From assembly GCA_030018135.1 (NCBI GenBank), contig JASEGJ010000002.1, positions 31,309-95,308 of the forward strand: a DNA stretch of 64,000 nt, in the 5' to 3' direction. The position numbers were made by a program, and so were the translations under genes. The DNA comes from Candidatus Hodarchaeaceae archaeon (GTDB lineage Archaea; Hadarchaeota; Hadarchaeia; Hadarchaeales; Hadarchaeaceae). Under the pieces are notes generated by a model. The model worked only from the letters and a program-made list of their open reading frames with translations, was not told the DNA's origin and ran no database searches. Shown piece by piece: positions 1-9,600 of this stretch; the stretch's first letter is position 1; each line of letters begins with the position of its first letter.

Positions 1-59
1 AAGCGATATATTTATAAGCTGTGCCTACCCTAAAGGCTCAATCAAACTTTGGTGATCAC

Positions 60-308
60 ATGGAATTCTGCCCCAAATGCGGTAGCGTGCTTTTACCCAA
101 AAAGGCGGGGCGCAGCACGAGGCTCGCCTGTCCGCGTTGCGGTTACAAGGGCAAACTAAAGAAGCCCACGGCTTACAAGATCAGCGAGAAGGGAAAGGAA
201 GCCAAGGAAGTCGCAGTTGTGGAGGAGAAAGAAACGAAAAAGAAGAAGCGGCCGGAGCCGGAATACGAGCTTGAGCCGATCGAGTACTACGAGGATCTCT
301 ACGAGTAG
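60..308 (+). CDS. RpoM/TFS-like protein with N-terminal zinc ribbon only
   Basis: MEFCPKCGSVLLP...LACPRCGY matches the TFS/RPB9 N-ribbon. GGTGA RBS precedes ATG at 60. No C-terminal ribbon; the tail is Lys/Glu-rich. Confidence 0.7.
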   Translation: MEFCPKCGSVLLPKKAGRSTRLACPRCGYKGKLKKPTAYKISEKGKEAKEVAVVEEKETKKKKRPEPEYELEPIEYYEDLYE

Positions 309-1121
309 CTAAACCTTGACGACCGCCCCCTCCAGGGCCTTTCCGCACGCGCAGGAGCGCGCAGCTGGGATTCGGGAGATTGTGGAGAACAATAGCCTTT
401 TGACCCGCTCTATATTGGTCGCCATCAGCTCCGCTACTTCTGCATGGGTCAGTTTTGCCCTTGAGATGCCCGCCGCAAAATTTGTGACCACCGCAACCGC
501 CGCATAGCAGAGCTCAAGCTCGCGCGCCAGCACGCATTCGGGCACATTCGTCATTCCGACGAGATCGCAACCCAGGCGGCGTAGCGCTCTAATTTCGGCC
601 GCCGTCTCGAAGCGTGGGCCATCCATGCACGCATAAACTGCGCGGGGGTGGAGCTTGATTTTTAACTCGCGCGCCGCCTCGGTTAGGATGCTGCGAAGCT
701 CAGGGCAGTAGGGTTCCGTTACGTCGATGTGCACAACCCCCCTCTCGCCCCCCTCGTAAAACGTCGCAGGGCGCCGCTTGGTGAAGTCCACGAATTGGTC
801 GAGCAATGCAAGTTCGCCCGGTCGCATCTTAGAGTTAATAGAACCGGACGCCGTCGTCGCCAGCACGCGCTTTACGCCGAGCTCGTGAAGCGCCCATAAA
901 TTCGCGCGGTAATTGACCATGTGCGGCGGCACCGTGTGCCCCTTGCCGTGGCGCGGCAAGAAGGCAACCCGGCGATCGTCAAGCTTACCAACGATCACCT
1001 CGGGAGATCTGCCGTACGGCGTGTCGACGACGGTAGCTTCGACATCCTGGAGAAGGTCTAAAGCGTAGACGCCGGAACCGCCTATGACCGCGATCTCCGC
1101 CTTCAGGTCATCACCCCCCAA
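309..1121 (-). CDS. mtnP: S-methyl-5'-thioadenosine phosphorylase
   Basis: IGGSG, PRHG.H..PPH.VNYRAN, GPRFET.AE and LVGMT motifs. Confidence 0.9.
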   Translation of the reverse strand: MGGDDLKAEIAVIGGSGVYALDLLQDVEATVVDTPYGRSPEVIVGKLDDRRVAFLPRHGKGHTVPPHMVNYRANLWALHELGVKRVLATTASGSINSKMRPGELALLDQFVDFTKRRPATFYEGGERGVVHIDVTEPYCPELRSILTEAARELKIKLHPRAVYACMDGPRFETAAEIRALRRLGCDLVGMTNVPECVLARELELCYAAVAVVTNFAAGISRAKLTHAEVAELMATNIERVKRLLFSTISRIPAARSCACGKALEGAVVKV

Positions 1122-1878
1122 ACCTGCGCTCCCTTCCTTGATAAGTACGTATCGCTCGCAAAAAATCTATCCTCGTGAATTCGGGCCAGTTGGCCTCACA
1201 AAAGTAAAGCTCGCTGTACGCCGACTGCCATAGCAGAAAGCCGCTCAACCTCTCCTCCCCACTTGTCCTTATGATTAAGTCCGGGTCCGGCTCGCCAGCC
1301 GTGTAGAGGTGGCTACCGATGAGCGGTTCATCGATGTCCTCAGGCTTCAGCTCGCCGCCCTTGACGCGCTCGCATATCCTCCTGACGGCCGAGACAATCT
1401 CTGCCCTGCCGCCGTAACCTATCGCAACGTTGAGGAAATACGCATCGTGATCCCGGGTCGCTTCCTCGGCCTTCTTTATGGCTGCCACCACCCGCTCCGG
1501 TAGGCGGCTGAGGTCCCCGATCACGCGGATGCGGACCTTGTTTTTATGAACGTCTGTCGCGATCTTCTCGAACCTCTCTGCAAATAGGTCCATTAAGGCC
1601 TCGACCTCCTTGCTCGGCCTATTAAAGTTCTCGGTGGAAAAGGCGTAAACAGTTCCGTATTTGATGCCAAGCTCCTGACACCAGCCGAGGACCTCCTCGA
1701 GCTTTTCGGCGCCGAGGACATGACCCCGCCATTCCTCCAAGCCCGCCTCGCGCGCGAAGCGGCGGTTGCCATCCAGAATAATGGCCACGTGCTTTGGCAT
1801 CTTGTTTTTCCTTACTTCGTCAAGTAAACGTCGCTCATAGTACCTCGCGGCCAAGCGGTACAACCTATCTAAAATCAT
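1111..1878 (-). CDS. uppS: cis-prenyltransferase (polyprenyl diphosphate synthase)
   Basis: [40 protein letters not shown] and RRFGG motifs. Confidence 0.95.
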   Translation of the reverse strand: MILDRLYRLAARYYERRLLDEVRKNKMPKHVAIILDGNRRFAREAGLEEWRGHVLGAEKLEEVLGWCQELGIKYGTVYAFSTENFNRPSKEVEALMDLFAERFEKIATDVHKNKVRIRVIGDLSRLPERVVAAIKKAEEATRDHDAYFLNVAIGYGGRAEIVSAVRRICERVKGGELKPEDIDEPLIGSHLYTAGEPDPDLIIRTSGEERLSGFLLWQSAYSELYFCEANWPEFTRIDFLRAIRTYQGRERRFGG

Positions 1879-1946
1879 TTTTATCCAAGGTTGTTTATGC
1901 GTGCTACTTTAAACCATTTTCAATCATACCTTTTATGCGTGGACAA

Positions 1947-2489
1947 ATGCGCGTTGCGGTCGGCTCCACCAACCCGGTGAAAATAAAAGCGGTGCGCAAT
2001 ATCCTCGGGGAACTGTTTCGAGATTTGAGAGTGGAAGGGATAAACGTGGGTCCGGAAATCCCGCCGCAACCGATCGGTCAGGAGACGGTAATCAAGGGTG
2101 CCGTAGACAGGGCCCGACATGCCATCTCGGCCGGAGGTTTTGATCTCGGAGTTGGCATTGAAGCGGGTTTGGTGCCAATCGAGCAAGCGAACTCTGGTTT
2201 TGTGGACATGCAGTGGTGCGCCATCGTCGATAAATGCGGGCGCGTGACGCTCGGACACAGCGCAGGTTTTGAATACCCGCCGGCGGTGATAGATGAGGTT
2301 CTGGAGAAGAACGTCGAAGTTGGAAAAATTATGGAGCGCTTGACCGGCATAAAACAAATCGGGAAGCGCATGGGCGCAATCGGCTACCTCTCCCACGGCA
2401 AGATAGATCGAGTTCGCCTCACTGAACAAGCCGTGCTGATGGCGATGTTACCGCGGTTGAATCCTGAATTGTACGGGCTTTCTAGGTAA
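1947..2489 (+). CDS. yjjX: Non-canonical purine NTP phosphatase (inosine/xanthosine triphosphatase)
   Basis: VGSTNPVKI.AV, QPIG..T..GA..RA, GVGIEAG and GAIG.LS.G motifs; start trimmed to ATG 1947. Confidence 0.9.
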   Translation: MRVAVGSTNPVKIKAVRNILGELFRDLRVEGINVGPEIPPQPIGQETVIKGAVDRARHAISAGGFDLGVGIEAGLVPIEQANSGFVDMQWCAIVDKCGRVTLGHSAGFEYPPAVIDEVLEKNVEVGKIMERLTGIKQIGKRMGAIGYLSHGKIDRVRLTEQAVLMAMLPRLNPELYGLSR

Positions 2490-2561
2490 AAATCTTGACT
2501 AAAATTAATTAAAATGAGCTTATTTTGTTAAATTTAGCCGTATTAATGCTTTAAAAGGAAA

Positions 2562-2575
2562 AATTTTTATATAAA
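2562..2575 (+). promoter_or_regulatory. Probable BRE/TATA promoter of the smc operon
   Basis: A-rich BRE-like run followed by TTTTTATATAAA in an AT-rich intergenic gap upstream of smc. Confidence 0.5.
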
Positions 2576-2642
2576 GGGGCAGAATGAACTTGTGTGGCTG
2601 ACCGAGAAAAGGTGGGGTGAATAATCACATAGGGTAGGAAAA

Positions 2643-4964
2643 GTGGTGCACGTCAGCAAAATAGAGATGCGGGGTTTCAAGTCCTTTGGAAACACAAAAG
2701 TGAGCCTTCCCCTCTCTTCGTGTTTAACGGCGATCGTTGGGCCGAACGGTTCCGGAAAGAGCAACATAATCGAGGCTTTTTGTTTCGTCCTGGGGTGGAT
2801 GAGCGCCAAGACCATGCGCGCCGAGAGGTTTTCCGATTTGTTGTTCAACGGCGGCAACGGTCAACGGCCGGCGCCATTCGCGGAGGTTTCGCTTCACTTC
2901 GACAACAGCGATGGAGTTTTGCCCGTTGACTCGAAAACCGTTGTGATAGCGCGGCGCGTGGATCGCAGCGGCAAATGCGTGTATAGACTTAATAAAAAGC
3001 GCGCGTCGCGACAGGAGATAGTCGACCTGCTCTCGAAAGTCATGTCGAGCCCGGGCGGTTACAATTTCATAATGCAGGGAGATGTCGACCGATTTATAAA
3101 GATGAATCCCCTCGAGCGCAGATCGATCATCGACGACCTCGCGGGAATCGCGGAATACGACGAGAAGAAAGAAAAGTCGCTTGCGGAGCTTCAACGAGTC
3201 GAGACAAATCTTCAGAGCATGGGTGCCATCCTCAACGAGATCGGCATGCAAATGGAAAAGTTGCGCATAGAGAAGGAGGGGGCCATGCGCTACAGGCAAC
3301 TTAAAAATCAGCTCGAGCAGGGGCGCGCAATGCTGCTGCTCGCTCAACAAAACATCTGCGGGCGGAAGCTGTCCGAAATTCAGCGCAAGATAAGTGCTAA
3401 AAACGGTGAACTCTCAGAGCTCCGCGATGAATCGCAAAAAATTGCAGACGCAATAAATCAACACGAAAGAAAAATCAAGCAACTTGATAAACTCATCCAT
3501 GAAAAGCAAAGCGCGGACATCCTCGCCGCGGCCGAGAATTTGCGCGAGCGCATCCGCACCCTGACCGAGATGATAGCGTCCACAAACGACGAGCAAACCG
3601 CGGTTAAAACAAGAATCGCAAACGTCCAAGCTGAGATCAAAAAAGTTAGCGGGGAGGCTCAAAGGGTGGCCGGCGAGGGACCCGAGCGATTGCTGAGAGA
3701 AATAGAAAAAATCTCAACGAAATTTACGGAGCTCCGCGATGAGTTCGATGGCCTGCTCCAAACATTGGATAGGGCCGACCGCAGGTCTTTTACGGATGTG
3801 CGCAAGGTGCTTGGCCGAGCACAAAAGGTGCTTCACGACATGCGCCCCATAATCAACGATTTCGATGGATGCATCAAGCGGACAACGGAGTTATGGAATA
3901 AGTTTCCACAGGTCCCCACAGGTGATTTACGCAAACCAGAATCTGAACTCCAGGGGCTGCAGGCAGATCTGATATCCCTAGAGGGACAGCACGTTCAGCT
4001 CGATAAAAGGTTCGAGGAACTGCAGCGAAAAGTGCAGGAGGCCAGAGTTGCCCTCGAGACCGCTTCTAAGCGAGGGGATGAGGTACAAAAATCCATCCGG
4101 GCAATGTGTGGGGAAAAGGAGAGCTCGCAGCGCAAGATATCGTCCTTGAGGGGAAGGGCCACGCGCATTCAGGAAGAAATTCAGGCCCTCGAGGGCAAGC
4201 TGCAGGAGTACCGCATTGAGGAAGCTCGCCTGCAGACCCAACTTGATGCGACTGAAAGGGAGTCAAAGCGCATTAAGGTAAGAGTGAAGGAAGTCAAACA
4301 TGTCGATCCATCCAAGTTGGAGCGGGAAATAGAAAAGGTGGAGGCCGAACTTGAGACGATTGGGCCAGTTAACGAGCGAGCGATAAGGGACTTCAGAAAC
4401 ACAGAACGCCGTTACAGCGCCCAGAAGGCACAGTACGACAAGCTGGTGGGCGAAAGGCAGTCCATCCTCGATTTCATGCGGGAAATAGATCAAAAGAAGA
4501 CCGAGGTCTTCATGAAGACGTTCAATGAAATATCCAAGAATTTTGGCAAAATCTTCAGCGAGCTCTCCCCGGGCGGCTCGGCGAGGCTGATCCTAGAGAA
4601 CCCCGAGCACCCGCTCGATGGGGGGCTGGAGATAGAGGCAAAGCCCGCCGGCAAGGAGGTCGTACATGTCGGCGCCATGTCGGGCGGCGAGCGGGCCCTG
4701 ACGGCGCTTGCGTTCATCTTCTCGATCCAGCGGGCGAGGCCGACCGCGCTCTACGTGCTCGACGAGATAGACGCTCACCTAGACGACGAAAACCTGCGAC
4801 GTGTTGCGGAGATGCTGCACCGCTCCTCACGGGAAACACAAATAGTAGTCGTCACGCTGAGGGATTCGATGATGTCCGTTGCTGATCGCCTCTTCGGCGT
4901 AAGCATGGATAGCAGCGGGGTTTCGCGCATGGTGTCGGTCGAGCTGGCTGGCTTGGCTGCATGA
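2643..4964 (+). CDS. smc: SMC-family ATPase, unusually short (773 aa), no recognisable hinge
   Basis: GFKSF, Walker A GPNGSGKSN, Q-loop IMQGDV, GPVN.RA, signature MSGGE, Walker B LDEIDAHLD; long coiled coils; followed by scpA and scpB. Confidence 0.9.
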   Translation: MVHVSKIEMRGFKSFGNTKVSLPLSSCLTAIVGPNGSGKSNIIEAFCFVLGWMSAKTMRAERFSDLLFNGGNGQRPAPFAEVSLHFDNSDGVLPVDSKTVVIARRVDRSGKCVYRLNKKRASRQEIVDLLSKVMSSPGGYNFIMQGDVDRFIKMNPLERRSIIDDLAGIAEYDEKKEKSLAELQRVETNLQSMGAILNEIGMQMEKLRIEKEGAMRYRQLKNQLEQGRAMLLLAQQNICGRKLSEIQRKISAKNGELSELRDESQKIADAINQHERKIKQLDKLIHEKQSADILAAAENLRERIRTLTEMIASTNDEQTAVKTRIANVQAEIKKVSGEAQRVAGEGPERLLREIEKISTKFTELRDEFDGLLQTLDRADRRSFTDVRKVLGRAQKVLHDMRPIINDFDGCIKRTTELWNKFPQVPTGDLRKPESELQGLQADLISLEGQHVQLDKRFEELQRKVQEARVALETASKRGDEVQKSIRAMCGEKESSQRKISSLRGRATRIQEEIQALEGKLQEYRIEEARLQTQLDATERESKRIKVRVKEVKHVDPSKLEREIEKVEAELETIGPVNERAIRDFRNTERRYSAQKAQYDKLVGERQSILDFMREIDQKKTEVFMKTFNEISKNFGKIFSELSPGGSARLILENPEHPLDGGLEIEAKPAGKEVVHVGAMSGGERALTALAFIFSIQRARPTALYVLDEIDAHLDDENLRRVAEMLHRSSRETQIVVVTLRDSMMSVADRLFGVSMDSSGVSRMVSVELAGLAA

Positions 4965-4965
4965 G

Positions 4966-5634
4966 GTGTTCGCTATGACCGTAGTGGTGGACCAACCGTT
5001 TCAAATATTGCTTGAGCTCGTCCAATCGCACAAGCTTGACCCGTGGGATGTGGATATCGAGAGGCTTGCTGACATCTTCGCGCGGCGCATAAGGGAGATG
5101 CGGGAGCTCGACCTCCGCGTGTCGGGGCGGACGCTGCTGTCGGCGTCGGTGCTGTTGCGCATAAAGTCCGACTACGTGCTAAATGGCAACGGGCATGAGC
5201 AATCCAGCGAGGAGGAACTCGACGAGGTTTTTGACCTCAACCTGCCTGAGCTGGGCTCCATCATGATGATACAGCGGACACCTCGAAAGATCACGCTTGT
5301 GGACCTAATGGACGCGCTCCGGGGCGCCCTGAAGGAGGCTCCGACGCATGCGCGGCCGTCCAGAGGGGCGATGGAAAAAGTCGTGCGGATGCTGAACGAA
5401 TACCACATCAACATCGAGAAGTACCTCGAGAGGCTACATAAACGGGTAGCCGAGCTGGCAGCCGATGGCCGCAGGATCACGATGTCCGAGCTCATCACGG
5501 AGCGGACCAGGATAGCCGTGGCGCGAACTTTGCTCCTCCTCTTGTTCTTGGGCGTGCAGGGGAAGGTGGCGATATGGCAGGATGAGCCCCTCGGCGAGAT
5601 ATTCGTCTCCCTACTAAAGCCGCCGGGTGCTTAG
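4966..5634 (+). CDS. scpA: Kleisin ScpA
   Basis: LDPWDVDI, SG..LL.AS.LLR.KS N-domain; C-terminal wHTH with Q.EPLGEI. Confidence 0.9.
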   Translation: MFAMTVVVDQPFQILLELVQSHKLDPWDVDIERLADIFARRIREMRELDLRVSGRTLLSASVLLRIKSDYVLNGNGHEQSSEEELDEVFDLNLPELGSIMMIQRTPRKITLVDLMDALRGALKEAPTHARPSRGAMEKVVRMLNEYHINIEKYLERLHKRVAELAADGRRITMSELITERTRIAVARTLLLLLFLGVQGKVAIWQDEPLGEIFVSLLKPPGA

Positions 5635-6145
5635 CATGGGCATCGAAGAGGATCGCTCGACCATAGAGGCGGCCCTCTACGCCGCCGACCGCCCTTTGAC
5701 CCTGAGTGAGCTCTGCGGGGTGCTCGGCACCTCCTCCGAGACCTACGTACGCAAGCTCATCGATGCGCTCATGGCAAACTACAAGAAGCGCGGGGGACCC
5801 CTCATGCTATCGGAGACTGCTAAGGACACGTTCGCGCTCACCCTCAGCGAGGGTTACATGCCGAAGCTCGAGGGCATCATGCCCAAGACCAAGCTCTCCC
5901 GTAGCACCCTGAAGACGCTCGCGCTCGTAGCGTACAAGCAGCCGATCCAGCAGGCGAGGCTCGCGGAGTTTCGCGGGGGGAGGGTGTACGAGCACGTAAA
6001 GCAGCTCGCGGCCCTCGGCTTCGTCGAGTCGAGGCCGTTTGGCCGCACCCGGGTGCTCCGGACATCGAAAAGGTTCGCTGGCTACTTCGGCTTCGAGGAC
6101 GATATGGACAAGATCCGCGAGCGGCTTGAGGAGTTAATGCGATAG
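5627..6145 (+). CDS. scpB: SMC-Scp complex subunit ScpB
   Basis: IEAALY, L.TLA.VAYKQPI and T..F..YFG motifs. Confidence 0.92.
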   Translation: MLSMGIEEDRSTIEAALYAADRPLTLSELCGVLGTSSETYVRKLIDALMANYKKRGGPLMLSETAKDTFALTLSEGYMPKLEGIMPKTKLSRSTLKTLALVAYKQPIQQARLAEFRGGRVYEHVKQLAALGFVESRPFGRTRVLRTSKRFAGYFGFEDDMDKIRERLEELMR

Positions 6146-6226
6146 CTGTTTTTTGCTTTCCCTTCCGCTGCTCCCGGCCAGAACACTTTTAACCGCTGGC
6201 GTGAAACAGCAAACGATGTGGTTTAT

Positions 6227-6658
6227 ATGGCGAGATGGCAGGGCAGGTCGTTGACCAAGCCAAGCGGCGGGCGAATTTGGGCCAAGCGCAAGAAGCGCAA
6301 GCGGGAGATGGGCAGCGAGTTCGTCGAGACCAAATTGGGCGCAACCAAGCGCGTCGCGCACAGGGCGAGGGGCGGGGCCAGCAAGTTCAGGTTATTGGCG
6401 GTGGACATCGCAAATGTCACGGACCCAAAAACTGGGCAGACAAAAAAGGCGAAAATTATAACCGTGGTCGAAAATCAGGCCGACCCGCACTTCGTGCGCC
6501 GAAACGTACTCACCAAGGGCGCGGTGATCGAGACCGAGCTCGGGCGGGCGCGCGTGACCAGCAGGCCCGGGCAACAGGGCGTCATAAGCGCGGTGCTGCT
6601 TGAGGGGCCCAAGGCACCGGAGGGCAAGCCCGCCGAACCTGAACCCGAAAAATCATAG
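6227..6658 (+). CDS. rps8e: 30S ribosomal protein S8e
   Basis: WQGRS..KPSGG, RRNVLTKGAVIETELG.ARVTSRPGQ.G. Confidence 0.97.
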   Translation: MARWQGRSLTKPSGGRIWAKRKKRKREMGSEFVETKLGATKRVAHRARGGASKFRLLAVDIANVTDPKTGQTKKAKIITVVENQADPHFVRRNVLTKGAVIETELGRARVTSRPGQQGVISAVLLEGPKAPEGKPAEPEPEKS

Positions 6659-7081
6659 CGTTTGCTGTTTTCCCTTTCCCACGATGTGCACTACCTCCCA
6701 GCCCCGCCTCCGCAGGCGCCGCGCTATGAAGCGGCGGTGGCAGGCGCTGGGGCTCGACTCAACGCACATGATCGTCGCCACCCTCTCGCGGGCCAGCTGC
6801 GTCAGCTTCTCCAGCCCATGTTTGAAATCTGCGGTGTGCATGTGGGCTTCATATCCTCCCCTGCGATAGCCCCCCAGCTCTCGGAGGTGAACGTAATCTA
6901 TGCCCCTAGCCGGCAAGGTCTCCTGCAGATTTTCCTTCACGAACTCCGGCCACTTAGAGGTCGGAAACGAGCGAACGTCGACAACCAGCTCTATGCCGAA
7001 GCGCTCGAGCAACGCCAAGAAATCGTCGAACTTTCGGTTGCCGTAGCCAATGGTGTAAATCCTCGCCGTGGCGACCCCCAA
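6653..7081 (-). CDS. DUF488 family protein
   Basis: IYTIGY, LVVDVR.FP.S, LGG.R and MC.E.....CHR motifs. Confidence 0.85.
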   Translation of the reverse strand: MGVATARIYTIGYGNRKFDDFLALLERFGIELVVDVRSFPTSKWPEFVKENLQETLPARGIDYVHLRELGGYRRGGYEAHMHTADFKHGLEKLTQLARERVATIMCVESSPSACHRRFIARRLRRRGWEVVHIVGKGKQQTL

Positions 7082-7137
7082 TTTTTTTATCTCCCCAAAA
7101 CCTTTAAGGTAGCCGAGCGGACCTTCGTGGCGGTAAC

Positions 7138-7938
7138 ATGCAACAAATTCAAATCTCGCTCACCCCCGCAGAGTCGAAGCGCCTGATCTCCAAGGCCGTC
7201 GTCAAGCTACCAGAGGTTCAAAGGGCATTTCAGGAGGGCATCGTGGTCATCAACGTTGGCTCGACCAACGCTTGCGTGGCGGAGGAATTGCTCGGACAAA
7301 AAGTCGAGCACGAGCGTTTTGTGGCGGGCGTGGTCCTACCGAAGGGTACCTGCGTCGTGCCGCGCGAAAAGCGCAGGCGCGAGATCGTCGTTCGCAGGGG
7401 CGAGGTCATCGAAGCAAGGGCGGACGACGTGCTCCCCGAGATGGGCCCGGGCGACGTTTTCATAAAGGGCGCAAATGCGCTCGACGCGAGCGGCATCGCG
7501 GGCGTCTTGCTGGCGGACCCAAGGGGTGGCACGATGGGCAGGTCCATCGGGGCACTGCTTTCGAGGGGCGTTAACATAATCGTCCCAGTCGGACTCGAAA
7601 AATTCATCCCCGGCAGCGTGAATGAAATCGCGGTAATCGCCGGCATGGATAGGATGGCTTTCGCTACCGGTGTGCCCCTCGGCCTCATGCCGGTCGTCGG
7701 CAAGGTCATCACGGAGGTAGAGGCCATTCAAATTCTAACGGGAGGCGAGGCTAAGGTGATGGGCAAGGGCGGCTTATCGGGAGCGGAGGGCAGCGTAACT
7801 TTGCTCGTGCGCGGCACGCCGGAGCAGGTGAAAAAATTCAAGGACATGATGAAATCCATCAAGGGGGAAGGGCCCCCGAAGGTCGAGACCGACTGCAAGG
7901 CCTGCGATCGGCAAAACTGCTGGCTGAGGGCGCGGTAG
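7138..7938 (+). CDS. Conserved hypothetical protein with C-terminal CxxC-x4-C
   Basis: LTPAESKRLI, DVFIKGANALD..G.AGV and PVGLEK motifs; long ORF with coding-like bias. Confidence 0.7.
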   Translation: MQQIQISLTPAESKRLISKAVVKLPEVQRAFQEGIVVINVGSTNACVAEELLGQKVEHERFVAGVVLPKGTCVVPREKRRREIVVRRGEVIEARADDVLPEMGPGDVFIKGANALDASGIAGVLLADPRGGTMGRSIGALLSRGVNIIVPVGLEKFIPGSVNEIAVIAGMDRMAFATGVPLGLMPVVGKVITEVEAIQILTGGEAKVMGKGGLSGAEGSVTLLVRGTPEQVKKFKDMMKSIKGEGPPKVETDCKACDRQNCWLRAR

Positions 7939-8274
7939 CTAACCCTTGCCCTCGTGGGTCCGGAGCTTGAAGCGGTACTCCACGGGCACGGCCTCCTTGA
8001 CGACCTTGGAGCCGGCCACGACCTCGTCGACGCTGTGGACCACGCCCCCCCACTCCTCTATGGCCGAGCGGATCGTGCCGTAGTCCAGCTCGCCGTCTAT
8101 CGTCACCTTGATGGTCTCGGTATCCTTGTCTATCTCGATCAGCGTCACGTTCACCCCCTCTATGCCCCGCATGGAACTCAACTTCATCGCGAACTCTGGC
8201 AGGGTGGGGCTGTGCGGCTTGAGCACATCGAGCACAAGCCGACGGAGCTTCGGAGAATCTGTCTTCTTTGCCAT
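7939..8274 (-). CDS. DUF211 family protein
   Basis: RRLVLDVLKPH.P and GGVVHSVDEV motifs. Confidence 0.9.
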   Translation of the reverse strand: MAKKTDSPKLRRLVLDVLKPHSPTLPEFAMKLSSMRGIEGVNVTLIEIDKDTETIKVTIDGELDYGTIRSAIEEWGGVVHSVDEVVAGSKVVKEAVPVEYRFKLRTHEGKG

Positions 8275-8340
8275 TAAATTATCACCTTTTATATATTTCG
8301 AAATGCTTATTAATTAGTAATAAGGGTTTGACCTAAGCTT

Positions 8341-8637
8341 TTGGGGGGAAAATTGCGCAGGCTAGGTAAGGTCATGCATGTTACGAAGCGCGGGCTCGTG
8401 CTACGCGTCGAGGGGGTGCCGGAGCTCGGCAGGGCGGTATACGATGGGGAGCGCAGGCGCGTCGGCAGCGTGCTGGACGTATTTGGGCCCATCGGTAGCC
8501 CGTATGCGATGGTAAGGCCGGCCCAGGGCATGAGCCATGAGGACCTGACCGCGCTGATGGATAGGGAGTTGTTCACCAGAGAGAGGGAGTCGCATGGAAA
8601 GGGTGGAAAAGCAAAAGAAATGCCCGGAATGCGGTAG
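8341..8637 (+). CDS. gar1: H/ACA RNP component Gar1/Naf1-like
   Basis: LG.V.H and VG.V.DVFGP...PY motifs; conserved position immediately upstream of tfb. Confidence 0.85.
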   Translation: MGGKLRRLGKVMHVTKRGLVLRVEGVPELGRAVYDGERRRVGSVLDVFGPIGSPYAMVRPAQGMSHEDLTALMDRELFTRERESHGKGGKAKEMPGMR

Positions 8638-9514
8638 CGGAAAGCTCGTGCGTGATTACGAGCGGGCCGAACTGGTCTGCGCTACCTGCGGCTTCGTCAT
8701 TTACGACAAGATCATGGACATGGGGCCGGAGTGGCGGGCCTTCGACCAGGAGCAGCGGGACAGGCGAGGGCGGGTAGGGGCCCCCATGACCTACACCATC
8801 CACGATAAGGGCCTGTCGACCATGATCGACTGGCGGGACAGGGACAGCCACGGCAAGAACCTGACACCCAAGCGGAGGGCGCAAATTTACCGCCTTCGCA
8901 AGTGGCAGCGCAGGATCCGCGTTTCGGATGCCACCGAGCGCAACCTAGCCTTCGCGCTGTCCGAACTCGACCGAATGGCGTCGCACCTCGGGCTGCCCCG
9001 CAACGTGCGGGAGGCGGCGGCGGTGATTTACAGGCGGGCGGTTGAGGAGAGGCTGATCCGCGGGCGGTCCATCGAGGGCGTCGCGGCGGCGGCGCTGTAC
9101 GCGGCCTGCAGGGAGTGCAAGGTCCCGCGCACGCTCGACGAGATCGCCGAGGTCTCCCGCGTTGGCAAGAAGGAGATCGGGCGCAGCTACCGCTTCATAG
9201 CCAGGGAGCTGCTGATCCACCTGCGCCCGACGAGCCCGATCGACTACGTCCCGCGCTTCGGGAGCGAGCTGGGCCTGTCAGGCGAGGTTCAGTCCAAGGC
9301 GGTGGAGCTGCTCAAGGAGGCCAGCAATAAGGGGCTGACCTCCGGGCGGGGGCCGACGGGAGTCGCTGCGGCTGCGATTTACATAGCCAGCGTGCTCCAG
9401 GGCGAGAGGCGGACGCAGCGGGATGTGGCCGATGTGGCACGGGTTACTGAGGTCACCGTGAGGAACCGATATAAAGAACTCTGCGAAAAGCTCGGATTAG
9501 ACGTAGAGCTTTAA
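8594..9514 (+). CDS. tfb: Transcription initiation factor IIB
   Basis: CPECG zinc ribbon, GPEWRAF B-reader, two cyclin repeats, [13 protein letters not shown]. Confidence 0.98.
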   Translation: MERVEKQKKCPECGSGKLVRDYERAELVCATCGFVIYDKIMDMGPEWRAFDQEQRDRRGRVGAPMTYTIHDKGLSTMIDWRDRDSHGKNLTPKRRAQIYRLRKWQRRIRVSDATERNLAFALSELDRMASHLGLPRNVREAAAVIYRRAVEERLIRGRSIEGVAAAALYAACRECKVPRTLDEIAEVSRVGKKEIGRSYRFIARELLIHLRPTSPIDYVPRFGSELGLSGEVQSKAVELLKEASNKGLTSGRGPTGVAAAAIYIASVLQGERRTQRDVADVARVTEVTVRNRYKELCEKLGLDVEL

Positions 9515-9600
9515 ATTTTCCTTCTTTTCATTTAGGATTACTTTCAGTGACCTCTCTCCCCAAAAGACGCTTAAAGCGATGATGAGAGGGCTCCACGGAG

